IMG/VR virus record: IMGVR_UViG_3300035670_000040
Span: 32,001 to 96,000 of that record
Direction: 5' to 3' (one strand)
DNA from: a virus
DNA length: 64,000 nucleotides
The notes below the pieces were generated by a model, which was not told where the DNA came from, made no database searches, and was given only the letters and a program-made list of their open reading frames with translations. This document shows, in pieces, positions 39,727-49,096 of this stretch. The position numbers and the translations under genes were made by a program. How positions within the stretch are numbered: position 1 is the stretch's first letter; every line of letters begins with the position of its first letter.

Positions 39727-40590
39727 ATGAAAAAACTTAAATTCGATACTTTATTTGAATCTCTAATGTTAAATGAAGGAACTATCTCAAAACAACAGAG
39801 GTATGGTAATGTTAATTTTAATGTAGAAAAACTTATAAACAAACTAGAAGATTCTGAATCAGATGATTACAAATCAATCATTGATCCAGCAATAGAACGT
39901 TGGAAAGGTCAAGGTTATCTAGGAAACTTAACCACAGATAACATTAAATCTATGTTGGATGAAATAGCAACTCATTTAGAGGAAACTAAAAATGATGGAA
40001 TTGACTCTTTGAGATATTCTGATATAAATTCTTTAGTAGATAACGTAACTAGAGAAAGATTTAAGGGAAATAAAGAAGGGATGTCTACCTTAGCTACTAG
40101 ATGGAGTTCTAAATTGCAAGGATTGATTCAAAAGATGAAAGATACCCATGAACAGGGTTCAGGTGAACAAGAGATTTCTGATGAAAGCGATGAAGATTTT
40201 TCATCAGAACCACAGGATAATACATCTAAAAACGAAGGTATAAAGGAAAAAGTTCTACAGACTGTTCAAGCATCTGATTCCATGTCAAAAGAAGAAATAG
40301 TCCGTTATCTTATAGGAAGAATGGGTAGAAATGAAATATCTGCCGAAAGCATAGTAGATTCTTTGATTTCTTCTGGTGATTTAGTACAAAACGAGGAAGG
40401 AAATCTAGAAATAAGCAAGGAAACAAAGGAAATAGAGACTTTAGGTACTGTTTCAGATGAAGATTTTGATATTCAGGACGAAACAGGAATTCCATTCAGA
40501 GAAGATGATTTAACAGATGAAGACGAAGATGTTGATGCGGCATTCAGAGATGCAATTGAAAGCGATCCATATAAGAGTAGAGATTATTAA
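39727..40590 (+). CDS. Acidic hypothetical protein with possible winged helix; possible head-internal protein
   Basis: 287 aa; leader MKKLKFDTLFESLMLNE; MSKEEIVRYL...VDSLISSGDLVQNEEGNL resembles a wHTH. Confidence 0.7.
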   Translation: MKKLKFDTLFESLMLNEGTISKQQRYGNVNFNVEKLINKLEDSESDDYKSIIDPAIERWKGQGYLGNLTTDNIKSMLDEIATHLEETKNDGIDSLRYSDINSLVDNVTRERFKGNKEGMSTLATRWSSKLQGLIQKMKDTHEQGSGEQEISDESDEDFSSEPQDNTSKNEGIKEKVLQTVQASDSMSKEEIVRYLIGRMGRNEISAESIVDSLISSGDLVQNEEGNLEISKETKEIETLGTVSDEDFDIQDETGIPFREDDLTDEDEDVDAAFRDAIESDPYKSRDY

Positions 40591-40628
40591 TTGACATTAT
40601 ATTAAAAAAATGATAAAAAGAGTCTGGC

Positions 40629-41588
40629 ATGAAAATACCAGACTCTTTTCTTTTAAAGAAATTTTATAACTATAGTTATAATCCAACTTTTAAAAAAAGT
40701 GAAGGAATTTATAATGCAGGATGTCCTGTGTGTAAAGAGGGTAAAAGTTTTGGAAAAAGAAAAAGATTGTTTTTTTATCCAAAAACTCAAAGTTTTTACT
40801 GTTTTAATTGTTCTAAGTCATGGAATGCTTTTTCTTGGATATTAGATGTATCTAATTCATCTATTGATGAATTAAAAAATGAAATTTTACATGAATCTTC
40901 ATCAGAAGAAGTTTTTGTTTTACAAAATATAAAACAAAAAGGGATTAAATCCAATGATTTACCATTAGATAGTATAAATTTAGAAGATAACTCTCAGGTT
41001 TTTTATTATAAAGACAATATCATACTTAAAAAATGTCTTTCTTATATAAAACAAAGAAAACTTGATACAGCAATAAACAAATGTGAATCGTTTTATATAA
41101 GTTTTAATGATTATATTCACAAAAATCGTTTATGTATACCATTTTATGAAAAAAACAAAGTTGTTTTTTATCAAACAAGATCTTTAGATGAGTCTTGTCC
41201 AAAATATCTAAGTAAAAGCGGAGGAGAAAAAGGTCTTTTTAATATAAACAATATTGATGAAGAATTTGATTATATCTTTTTAACAGAAGGACCAATAGAT
41301 TCTATGTTTATTAAAAACGGTGTCGGTGTGGCTGGATTGAGTTTAACGGATTTACAAAAAAATCAACTTTCAAAATATCCATTTCATAAAAAAATCTGGA
41401 TATTGGATAATCCATCTGTTGATGAAACTTCTAAAGAAAAAACAAAAGAATTTGTTTATAATAAAGAAAATGTTTATATGTGGCCGTTAGGTTGTAAATT
41501 TAAAGATTTGAACGAGTGGTGTATAAAACAAAATATAAATGGTATAGATTATAAATCTATTATAAATAACATTTATCCAACTAATTAA
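40629..41588 (+). CDS. gp61: DNA primase (T4 gp61-like)
   Basis: Zn finger CPVC...CFNC, RLCIPFY, YQTRSL, PKYL, TOPRIM EGPIDSMF, LDN, KDLNE; TTGACA at 40591 upstream. Confidence 0.93.
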   Translation: MKIPDSFLLKKFYNYSYNPTFKKSEGIYNAGCPVCKEGKSFGKRKRLFFYPKTQSFYCFNCSKSWNAFSWILDVSNSSIDELKNEILHESSSEEVFVLQNIKQKGIKSNDLPLDSINLEDNSQVFYYKDNIILKKCLSYIKQRKLDTAINKCESFYISFNDYIHKNRLCIPFYEKNKVVFYQTRSLDESCPKYLSKSGGEKGLFNINNIDEEFDYIFLTEGPIDSMFIKNGVGVAGLSLTDLQKNQLSKYPFHKKIWILDNPSVDETSKEKTKEFVYNKENVYMWPLGCKFKDLNEWCIKQNINGIDYKSIINNIYPTN

Positions 41589-42109
41589 CCTCCACTAGTT
41601 ACTGGTTCTTGATCTCTTAATTTTTTTGGAGCAAGAATAATAAATGAATTTAAAACTTCTTTTAATTTTTCAATTTCACCAGCAACTCTAGTTATACCAT
41701 CAGAGGTTTTTCTTGTTATACCACGAAGAAGTGAACCAGGTTTGTCGTTATCTGATAAAATTTTATGCAAACTTTCAGTGCTGTGAGGATCGTTTAAATA
41801 AGCAGCAAAGTCATTTAATTTATCCGAAAATTGTTTAATTTTTTTTATATTTTCTATATGAACTTCAATAGAAACTCCGTCTACATCAAATTCTTTTTCA
41901 GAAGTTTCTGGTTGTAAAGAATTATCAAAATCTTCTTTGTTTTTTTCTGGTGTAAAATTTTCTGGGTTTTGAGGAGGTTCATCTTGTTCTTTTAAGAGAC
42001 TTGAGAGAAATGTTTTAGCAAAAAGATTATTTGATTCAAATAATCCTTTTCCTGAATTTTTTTTAATAATTCTTTCTACTTTTAATTTTGTTTTTGATGA
42101 AGTCTTCAT
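41585..42109 (-). CDS. Hypothetical late protein, possible head-internal/core protein
   Basis: 174 aa, isolated on the minus strand behind two TATAAATA boxes; FAKTFLSSLLKE followed by acidic linker. Confidence 0.75.
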   Translation of the reverse strand: MKTSSKTKLKVERIIKKNSGKGLFESNNLFAKTFLSSLLKEQDEPPQNPENFTPEKNKEDFDNSLQPETSEKEFDVDGVSIEVHIENIKKIKQFSDKLNDFAAYLNDPHSTESLHKILSDNDKPGSLLRGITRKTSDGITRVAGEIEKLKEVLNSFIILAPKKLRDQEPVTSGG

Positions 42110-42110
42110 T

Positions 42111-42134
42111 TATTTATATAGAATAATATTTATA
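42111..42134 (-). promoter_or_regulatory. Two T4-type late promoter boxes
   Basis: Exact TATAAATA on the minus strand at 42111-42118 and 42127-42134. Confidence 0.6.
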
Positions 42135-42158
42135 TTTACTCTTTTTTAATGTAAAAAC

Positions 42159-42187
42159 TTGATTTTTTATTTATTGTATTATATTAT
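42159..42187 (+). promoter_or_regulatory. Sigma70-like promoter
   Basis: TTGATT-N17-TATTAT, 10 nt before ATG 42198. Confidence 0.55.
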
Positions 42188-42197
42188 ATTAAAAATA

Positions 42198-42872
42198 ATG
42201 AAAAAAATAATAGCAGTGATTTGCACTTTAAGCAAGACAGTTGATGAATTTAAAGAAAGACCGATTTATAAAACATTAGAGAAACTGCATAAACTATATT
42301 CAGAATCGGAATTTGATGTTAGAATAATAAAAGATAATAAAAAAGGATTATCTGAAGTATATAACTCTTATATAACAGAAGAATATAAGAATAATATTTT
42401 AGTCTTTATGCATGATGATATAGAGATAAACGATCTTTTTTTAATTGAAAAATTAAACGAATCACCATATGTTGTTACTGGTTTGGCTGGATCTAAAACA
42501 TGTGATTTATCAAAAGATAAATTAGCATGGCACTTATGTTGTAAAAAAGAAGATATGATGGGTGAGGTTGCTCACAAAAAAAACAATTTTATATGGACAT
42601 CTGTATTTGGTCCAACCATTGGAAGGGTACTAATTATAGACGGGTTGTTTATCTCTATAAACGTCGAAGAAATTCTAAAAACAAATGCCAGATTTAATGA
42701 AAAATTTAAATTTCATCACTATGACATGGCTTTTTGTTTAAATTGTAATAAACAAAAAGTTAAGGTAGGAGTTTTGCCTATAACAGTTGTTCATCATGGG
42801 TTGGGTGATAGTATGTTGACACAAGATTGGGAAAACAGTAATATTATATTTAAAAAAGAATACAAATCATGA
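42198..42872 (+). CDS. GT-A glycosyltransferase-like protein (GT2-related)
   Basis: GLSEVYN, VFMHDD, TGLAG, IIDGLFI, FNEKFKFHHYDMAFC, VVHHGLG. Start set at ATG 42198 (track start 42159 is TTG). Confidence 0.82.
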   Translation: MKKIIAVICTLSKTVDEFKERPIYKTLEKLHKLYSESEFDVRIIKDNKKGLSEVYNSYITEEYKNNILVFMHDDIEINDLFLIEKLNESPYVVTGLAGSKTCDLSKDKLAWHLCCKKEDMMGEVAHKKNNFIWTSVFGPTIGRVLIIDGLFISINVEEILKTNARFNEKFKFHHYDMAFCLNCNKQKVKVGVLPITVVHHGLGDSMLTQDWENSNIIFKKEYKS

Positions 42873-43399
42873 TATATAAACAAAATAAAATAACATTTAA
42901 TGGATTATTATTAAAACAAAAATTTGGTTATGATTTTTATGAGCAAAATTATAAACCAACTGGGGTTGTTGTAATATTTAGAGGAGAGATGGATATTCAA
43001 TTTGATAAGGATTGTTTTTTTCATGACTATCCTACATTTAATGATTCTATAAATATATGTTGGGAAATTCCCAACATAGGACAACTCGGTAATATTTGTT
43101 TCAAAAAGCTATTCTTATATAAGATAAAAGAATGTCTGAATGATTTAAATCTATACACTAAAGTTGAATTAAATAAAAATGATTCTATATTTGTGCATCA
43201 AGAAAATAAAAAAGCAAAAGAAGTAAATTTTTGTATGTTAAAACAACCAGATAATGTTTTCTCATTAGGATATATTGGATTAAACAATGAGAAACTTTCA
43301 TTAAATGATAAACAAATAGAAGAATTAAATGAAAAAATAAACGAATCTTTTTATGAAATAATTAAATCTATATCTCTAGAAATAATAAAACCATCATGA
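42869..43399 (+). CDS. DUF366-like protein (BPL/LplA-like fold), divergent
   Basis: FNG-x2-L-x3-FGY, VVIFRGEMDI, SINICWEIP, FKKLF, DSIFV, GYIGLN follow the order of DUF366 motifs as I recall them. Confidence 0.5.
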   Translation: MIYKQNKITFNGLLLKQKFGYDFYEQNYKPTGVVVIFRGEMDIQFDKDCFFHDYPTFNDSINICWEIPNIGQLGNICFKKLFLYKIKECLNDLNLYTKVELNKNDSIFVHQENKKAKEVNFCMLKQPDNVFSLGYIGLNNEKLSLNDKQIEELNEKINESFYEIIKSISLEIIKPS

Positions 43400-43779
43400 A
43401 TGATTCCATCTTTGATTTAATTAATTGGATTTTAAAAAAACCAAAAACAAAGTTAAATATACAAGAAAGCAGTTCGACCTATTTGTTAAATAGATGGTTA
43501 AGTATGGTTGGACCAGATCATTCAAATATTATCAATGAAACATTGAATAGGTGGTATTATACAAATTCAATGTATACAGATACAGAGTGTGTTGCTAGTT
43601 TATATAGAATTATAATTCCAAAAAACACTAAAAAAATAAATTATATAAAAAAGAATAAGGAAAAAAAACAAAAAAGCAATTCAGATGTATGCTTTGAACA
43701 CATACAAAGAGAAATATCTAAAAAAGAGATAGAAGAACAAAAAAGAATGCTTGAAGAATTAAATTCACTACATAAGTAA
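43396..43779 (+). CDS. gp62: Clamp-loader small subunit (T4 gp62-like)
   Basis: IFDLINWI, YLLNRWLSM, INETLN, IIPK-x4-INYIKK; 127 aa. Confidence 0.65.
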   Translation: MNDSIFDLINWILKKPKTKLNIQESSSTYLLNRWLSMVGPDHSNIINETLNRWYYTNSMYTDTECVASLYRIIIPKNTKKINYIKKNKEKKQKSNSDVCFEHIQREISKKEIEEQKRMLEELNSLHK

Positions 43780-43784
43780 AACAT

Positions 43785-44171
43785 ATGATACAAAGACCAA
43801 CAAACTTAGAAGACAAAATTGGTGGAATAGTTCAACTTGAACAATATCAGGGTCACGCACTGGAACTCGATGGATGGAAACTTACAAATGTATTGGACGA
43901 TATATTAATGGTTCAATATATAGATGTAAACGAAGACGGAACAGAAATAAAAAGAGGGTCTTTGTGGGTTCCTATAAATACAGTAACTTTTGTTTGGCGT
44001 GTAGGAAAGGTAATTTTAGCTGGTCCTAATTGCAAAACAGTTAAAGTTAATGATCACATTGTATTCCCTAATGATAAAGGAATACAAGCAGCTAACATAA
44101 ATGATATTAAAAATATTGTTTTCTTAAGTGAAAGCAGAATTTTTGGTGTGTGTGAACCGAAGTTCACATAA
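43785..44171 (+). CDS. groES: GroES-like co-chaperonin (functional analogue of T4 gp31)
   Basis: LDDILMV, RGSLWVP mobile loop, GKVILAGP-x3-VKVNDHIVF, FLSESRIFGV; TAAGTA 6 nt upstream. Confidence 0.8.
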   Translation: MIQRPTNLEDKIGGIVQLEQYQGHALELDGWKLTNVLDDILMVQYIDVNEDGTEIKRGSLWVPINTVTFVWRVGKVILAGPNCKTVKVNDHIVFPNDKGIQAANINDIKNIVFLSESRIFGVCEPKFT

Positions 44172-44173
44172 AA

Positions 44174-44560
44174 ATGAATAAACTTACTCTTAATGGACTT
44201 AAGTCTTTGTGTGAAACACATTTGGTTGAATTAAAATTTATAAGGAGAAATAAAACATCTTCCAATATTCCAACCAGAAGAATGTTATGCACAAGAGATA
44301 TGAGAATTTTGAATTCAGAAATTGGTAAACTAACATTTAATTTTGTAGTCCCTACAAAAGCAGCACCATACAATACAGTTTCAAAAAATCTTCTTACGGT
44401 TTTTGATATTATTTTCCAAGATTGGAGAAATATACCAGTAGAAAATACAATGGTTGTTATGGCTGTTCCAACAAATCCACAAAAATCATTTTGGGAATAT
44501 TTTGACAAAGTATTAAGAAACATGTCCAAAAAAGAAAAACAAAACTTTATAATAAAATGA
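44174..44560 (+). CDS. SH3/WYL-like (DUF2693-type) phage protein
   Basis: VELKFIRR...RRMLCT...TVFDI-x3-DWRNI. Confidence 0.6.
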   Translation: MNKLTLNGLKSLCETHLVELKFIRRNKTSSNIPTRRMLCTRDMRILNSEIGKLTFNFVVPTKAAPYNTVSKNLLTVFDIIFQDWRNIPVENTMVVMAVPTNPQKSFWEYFDKVLRNMSKKEKQNFIIK

Positions 44561-44922
44561 ATATTTCATCTTCTCTTTTAGAAAAAACATGTAGTTCGTT
44601 GTTGCAACGAAATGTTAATTTTATTATTAAAAATAAAATAATAAAAAAAGGAAAGATTGAATTATTTGTTCAAAGAAATTTTTATTTAGTTTTTCATATT
44701 TTAACAGAAAGCAAAAAAAAGGAAAAATTTGAAATACCTATACCATTTTCATTAGAAAATCACGAAGAAGATGGTTTAGTTTATTTTGATTATAGATTTA
44801 AAACAATTTCAAAATATTATCCAGAAAGCTTAGATGTTTTACAAAAAATATTTGACAAAAATAAAAAAAATAATAAATTTGGAGATTCTATCTTAATGAT
44901 AGAAACAATAAAACATGAATAA
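44557..44922 (+). CDS. Hypothetical protein
   Basis: 121 aa, overlapping start/stop with neighbours. Confidence 0.7.
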   Translation: MNISSSLLEKTCSSLLQRNVNFIIKNKIIKKGKIELFVQRNFYLVFHILTESKKKEKFEIPIPFSLENHEEDGLVYFDYRFKTISKYYPESLDVLQKIFDKNKKNNKFGDSILMIETIKHE

Positions 44923-45163
44923 AGAACCGTTAATTTGTTATAATTTGTTTAATTCAAATTATTATAGTATTTTTGCAGATGATTTTAAACTATTATCAGA
45001 AGGACAAATTCCACTGAAGAAAAAACCATCATCTTCTTGCAAGAAATGTTATGGAAGAGGCTATTCTGGAAAAAATACAACAGATTTTACTTATATACCA
45101 TGTTCTTGCTTGAAAAAACAAATAAATGTAGATATCCTCTTAACAAGGAATGCAAACATTTAA
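44915..45163 (+). CDS. Small Zn-finger protein
   Basis: CKKCYGRG...PCSC. Confidence 0.7.
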   Translation: MNKEPLICYNLFNSNYYSIFADDFKLLSEGQIPLKKKPSSSCKKCYGRGYSGKNTTDFTYIPCSCLKKQINVDILLTRNANI

Positions 45164-46817
45164 AGAATCAGTATTTTTAAAATTTTTTCCAAAAAATTCT
45201 AAACCAAGACAATCTCAAATTGATGCTTTTGATAAAATAGAAAAAGCATGGAATTCTGATAAAAAATATGTTATAGCCTGTTTACCAACAGGGATAGGAA
45301 AAAGTCATATAGCAACCTCAATAGCTAACTCCTCAAAAGAAATAGATCAATCGAGGAAAGATGATATAAAAAACTATGAATTATACAGAATGGATTCTAG
45401 TGGGAATTACTCATACGATGAAAAGTATGTAAATCATCCCAATTATGGTTCTTTTATATTAACTAAAACAAAATCTTTACAAGACCAATATCAACATATT
45501 TTTAATGATATCCATGTCTTTAAGGGTAAAAACAATTATCAATGTCAGGTTGACTTATCTCAAACTACTGAATTTGCTCCATGTGTATACTCTAGAAAGG
45601 TAAAAGATTCATGTTTTGATTCTTGTATATGTCCATATTATGAGGCAAAAAATAAAGCAATATATTCAAATGTCTCTGTTTTAAATTATAAAAGTTTTTT
45701 TAACTTAAGACCTTTTTTGCAAAAAAGAGAATTTTTTATATGTGACGAAGCAGACGGTATAGAAAATGAACTAGTATCTCATTTTACACTAGAAATAAAT
45801 TATTCTTTTCTTAAAAGTTGTGGAATATCTTTCACCAAAATAAAAGAAGATAATATAGAAAAGGTAAGAGTTTGGATTATTGATATTTTTTCTCAAGTAG
45901 AAGATGAATTAGAAAAGTTAAAGAAAAAATCTTTAACTTTATCTAAAAAATCTGAAATGGGTGATTTATACATACATCAACTTAATCAAATAAGCAAATT
46001 GTCGAAAATATATTCATCACTAAAAAACACTATAGAGAACTGGTATGAATGCAATTATCTTATAGAAGAGATGAAAACAGACAAAATTGTTCTTGTTCCT
46101 TATAATATAAGGCAATTATTTAAATATATATTTGGTTCTTCTGATAAGGTTTTATTAATGTCAGCAACATTAAGCAATCATAAACAATTCGCTAAAACAA
46201 TGGGAATAGAAGAATCTGAATATGAATATATAGAACTACAATCTCCATTTGATTCAAAAAAATCTCCAATATATTGTTCAAGTATTTTTAACCTGTCTTA
46301 TAAAAACAATAATAAAGATTTGGATAAAATGTTAAATGCGTGTCAGGAAATATGTAAATCACACAAAGATTATAAAGGACTAATTCATACTCATACAAAT
46401 GAAATCACTAAAAAACTTTATTCTGTATTGAAAGATGATCCTAGATTTCTATTTAAAATAGAGGGTGTATCAAATGAAGATATTTTAAAACTTCATAAAG
46501 AAAGTAAAAACGCATCTATTTTAGTTAGTCCATCATTAGATACAGGAATAAGTTTGGACGGAGACTTGGGTAGATTTCAAATTGTTTTGAAAGCCCCGTT
46601 TCTTCCTTTAAGCTCAAAAAGAATAAAAAGAAAATTTGAATCTGACCCAGATCAATATATGTTTTATATGCTTAATGCATTGATACAAATGTCTGGTAGA
46701 TGTACAAGATCTAAAGACGATTATTCTATTACATATATACTTGATGGTAATGCAACAAAAGCTATTAAAAAATATAAAAACACTTTACCGAAACACTTTT
46801 TAAGTAGAATACACTAA
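45150..46817 (+). CDS. DinG/XPD-family SF2 helicase
   Basis: PRQSQ, PTGIGKS, KGKNNYQC...CPYY Cys cluster, CDEAD, MSATL, TGISL, KAPF, QMSGRCTR, YILD. Confidence 0.88.
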   Translation: MQTFKESVFLKFFPKNSKPRQSQIDAFDKIEKAWNSDKKYVIACLPTGIGKSHIATSIANSSKEIDQSRKDDIKNYELYRMDSSGNYSYDEKYVNHPNYGSFILTKTKSLQDQYQHIFNDIHVFKGKNNYQCQVDLSQTTEFAPCVYSRKVKDSCFDSCICPYYEAKNKAIYSNVSVLNYKSFFNLRPFLQKREFFICDEADGIENELVSHFTLEINYSFLKSCGISFTKIKEDNIEKVRVWIIDIFSQVEDELEKLKKKSLTLSKKSEMGDLYIHQLNQISKLSKIYSSLKNTIENWYECNYLIEEMKTDKIVLVPYNIRQLFKYIFGSSDKVLLMSATLSNHKQFAKTMGIEESEYEYIELQSPFDSKKSPIYCSSIFNLSYKNNNKDLDKMLNACQEICKSHKDYKGLIHTHTNEITKKLYSVLKDDPRFLFKIEGVSNEDILKLHKESKNASILVSPSLDTGISLDGDLGRFQIVLKAPFLPLSSKRIKRKFESDPDQYMFYMLNALIQMSGRCTRSKDDYSITYILDGNATKAIKKYKNTLPKHFLSRIH

Positions 46818-46825
46818 ATATATAA

Positions 46826-48013
46826 GTGAAAAGTTGGTCTTATAATAAAGAAATTCAAACCCTTGTTGAACAATTTGCTGGAGCGTTTAACGATATAATA
46901 ATTAAACGATTTGATAAAGATGATAATTTCAGCAATCAACAAAAGGTTAAATTTGTATATGCTCCTAAACAAAGAGTATTAGAAAGCCTAAGAACACCCG
47001 CACCAGGTGGGTTAACGGTTCCAGCAATAGCTATCAACATAGCATCGTTACAAAGAGATGGTTCAAGAGTTTTTAATAAAAATAATGGGTTTGAACTTGA
47101 AGCAAAATCGCTATATGGTAGAGATTTAGATTTTGTAAAATTTATAAGACAACCAGTTCCTATTAATATAGGAATAAACATGTCTATTATAACAAAATAT
47201 CAAACAGACATGGATCAAATTTTGTCAAATTTTATCCCATATTGTGATTCTTATATTATCATTTCATGGAAAATGCCTATTGGATATAATAAAGATTATG
47301 AAATAAGAACAGAAATACTTTGGTCTGGAACAGTAAATTTAGTATATCCTACAGATTTACCACCATCACAATCATTTAGAATAACAGCAGACACATCATT
47401 TACTATAAAGGGTTGGTTGTTTAAAAGTACCCAATACAATGAAACTTACAAGAAAATTTATTACATAAATAGTGATTTTGTTGTCTCTAATGAGGATGAC
47501 ATTAATAGTTGTGATCTTATAACAGATTTAGACCAATATCAAACTTCCAGAATCAGCATATCAGCAAGACCACATGTTGAATGGGTAAGTCCATTAACTA
47601 TAACAAAAAATAATATAGATTTTTATTATAATAACAGAGCAATTTATGTTGTTGGTAAATTCTTGTCATATACTAGAGCAGTATACATAAGTGCATCTAA
47701 TAGTGGATTTATGGGACAAGAACCACAGCTATTAAGTCCTTTTGCTGGTTTAACTTCATTAGAACCACATTATCCTAGTTTCTATGGTTATCCTATATCT
47801 TCTTTTGAAATTTTGGATGATGAGACATTAACAATTTCTTTACCATTCTCATCAATAAATACCGGAGGTTCAATAGATGTAATTGTTGAAAATGAAGCTG
47901 GCTATAGGAGTTTTATAAAAGAATCAACAGAAAAATACTTAACATATAGTAATGAAGTTTCTTCTTCTCTCTATATGCCTATATCTTTAAGCGGTATAAG
48001 GTTGGTTTTTTGA
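46826..48013 (+). CDS. gp15: Tail terminator/sheath stabiliser (T4 gp15-like) with C-terminal Ig-like extension
   Basis: FAGAFNDIIIKR, YAPKQR, PVPINI, KYQTDMDQILSNFIPY, FTIKGWLF; GTG start 5 nt after TAAATA. Confidence 0.85.
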   Translation: MKSWSYNKEIQTLVEQFAGAFNDIIIKRFDKDDNFSNQQKVKFVYAPKQRVLESLRTPAPGGLTVPAIAINIASLQRDGSRVFNKNNGFELEAKSLYGRDLDFVKFIRQPVPINIGINMSIITKYQTDMDQILSNFIPYCDSYIIISWKMPIGYNKDYEIRTEILWSGTVNLVYPTDLPPSQSFRITADTSFTIKGWLFKSTQYNETYKKIYYINSDFVVSNEDDINSCDLITDLDQYQTSRISISARPHVEWVSPLTITKNNIDFYYNNRAIYVVGKFLSYTRAVYISASNSGFMGQEPQLLSPFAGLTSLEPHYPSFYGYPISSFEILDDETLTISLPFSSINTGGSIDVIVENEAGYRSFIKESTEKYLTYSNEVSSSLYMPISLSGIRLVF

Positions 48014-48471
48014 TCATTTGTTTCTAGCATAGAGACAAGATATCTTACTTTATTACATAAAGACAATAATTCTTCGATTAGATTGTTTATTCCATTAAAT
48101 GTCGATTTGACAAAATCATTCATTTCATCGTTCTTTATTGTTTTTTCTAAATTTTCTATTATATAGAAAAGATCATCTATTTGACTAGCCAAACATTTTG
48201 AATCGTTTACATTTTTTAAACTAACCTCTGGACAAGAGACTGAAAAACATATATTTTGACTATTGGATACTCCTATTATTTCTTCCATTAATGAATCAAA
48301 TAAAGAATCAAAATCTTCATAAAATTTACCAACAAGTTTGTGAAAATTATAATCCTTTGAATACCAATGAAGAATTTTAAATGAAGTTAGGATATTACAA
48401 AGATACAAAGAAAAGTCATTTATATTATTTTCTTTTATTGTCATATTTTGTGAAATGTATGTGTTTATCAT
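47971..48471 (-). CDS. Ferritin/Dps-like four-helix protein (DUF5856-like)
   Basis: KILHW-x3-YNFHK-x2-GKFYE-x5-FDSLMEE, NKVRYL. Confidence 0.75.
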   Translation of the reverse strand: MINTYISQNMTIKENNINDFSLYLCNILTSFKILHWYSKDYNFHKLVGKFYEDFDSLFDSLMEEIIGVSNSQNICFSVSCPEVSLKNVNDSKCLASQIDDLFYIIENLEKTIKNDEMNDFVKSTFNGINNLIEELLSLCNKVRYLVSMLETNDQKTNLIPLKDIGI

Positions 48472-48884
48472 TTTTTCTTATATATTATTATTTTAAATAT
48501 GTAATCATCAATTTCTGTTGATGATTCACTTAATATTTTGTATTCTGGAATAGAAACATTCACTTCTTCCATAACAAGTTCTTTTATTTCTTCATCAGAT
48601 TGAATTACAATATCATTCTTTGGTTCTTTTTCTTCTTCTTTTAAATCAAAATACTTTTGAAGATCTTGTAATTTTTTGTCATAATTTTCAAAAAAAACCT
48701 TCCAAAATGGAATTGGAAAAATATAATTTAATGCTTGTCTTCTTTTATCACAAGAAAAACATATTTCTTCAGATCCAGTTATTAATTTTGTTACTGGTAA
48801 TATAAATTTACTATGAAGGGTACACGCAATAAAATCACCTAACCCCTCAGAATGTCTATATTGTAGATAAGGATTCTTGTTCAT
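48468..48884 (-). CDS. Hypothetical phage protein
   Basis: GLGD...C-x2-C-x2-RR-x2-LN-x2-FP pattern. Confidence 0.7.
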   Translation of the reverse strand: MNKNPYLQYRHSEGLGDFIACTLHSKFILPVTKLITGSEEICFSCDKRRQALNYIFPIPFWKVFFENYDKKLQDLQKYFDLKEEEKEPKNDIVIQSDEEIKELVMEEVNVSIPEYKILSESSTEIDDYIFKIIIYKKK

Positions 48885-49095
48885 TTAATTTTTCTATTTC
48901 TGGAGAAATCGGCCAAACAACCTCATTAGGTACTCTATATGTCTTTGTTATATCTCTTAATTTTAATCTGTATTCTTTCCATTTACGTTTTTCTTCATCA
49001 GACATATCGACATCATCAAATTGTGTCCAATCAGATTGTTTCAAAAAATAATTTCTTATTTCTCTTATTGTATTCCATGACATGGTATTATTCAT
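48856..49095 (-). CDS. Tail fibre assembly chaperone
   Basis: IR-x2-RN-x2-L-x2-SDWTQ-x2-D...W-x2-YR-x2-LRDI...WP. Confidence 0.85.
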   Translation of the reverse strand: MNNTMSWNTIREIRNYFLKQSDWTQFDDVDMSDEEKRKWKEYRLKLRDITKTYRVPNEVVWPISPEIEKLNEQESLSTI

Positions 49096-49096
49096 A

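Noticed and set aside
44164-44529. 121-aa minus-strand ORF
   Set aside because: Fully antisense to 44174-44560, which has a recognisable motif and fits the operon.
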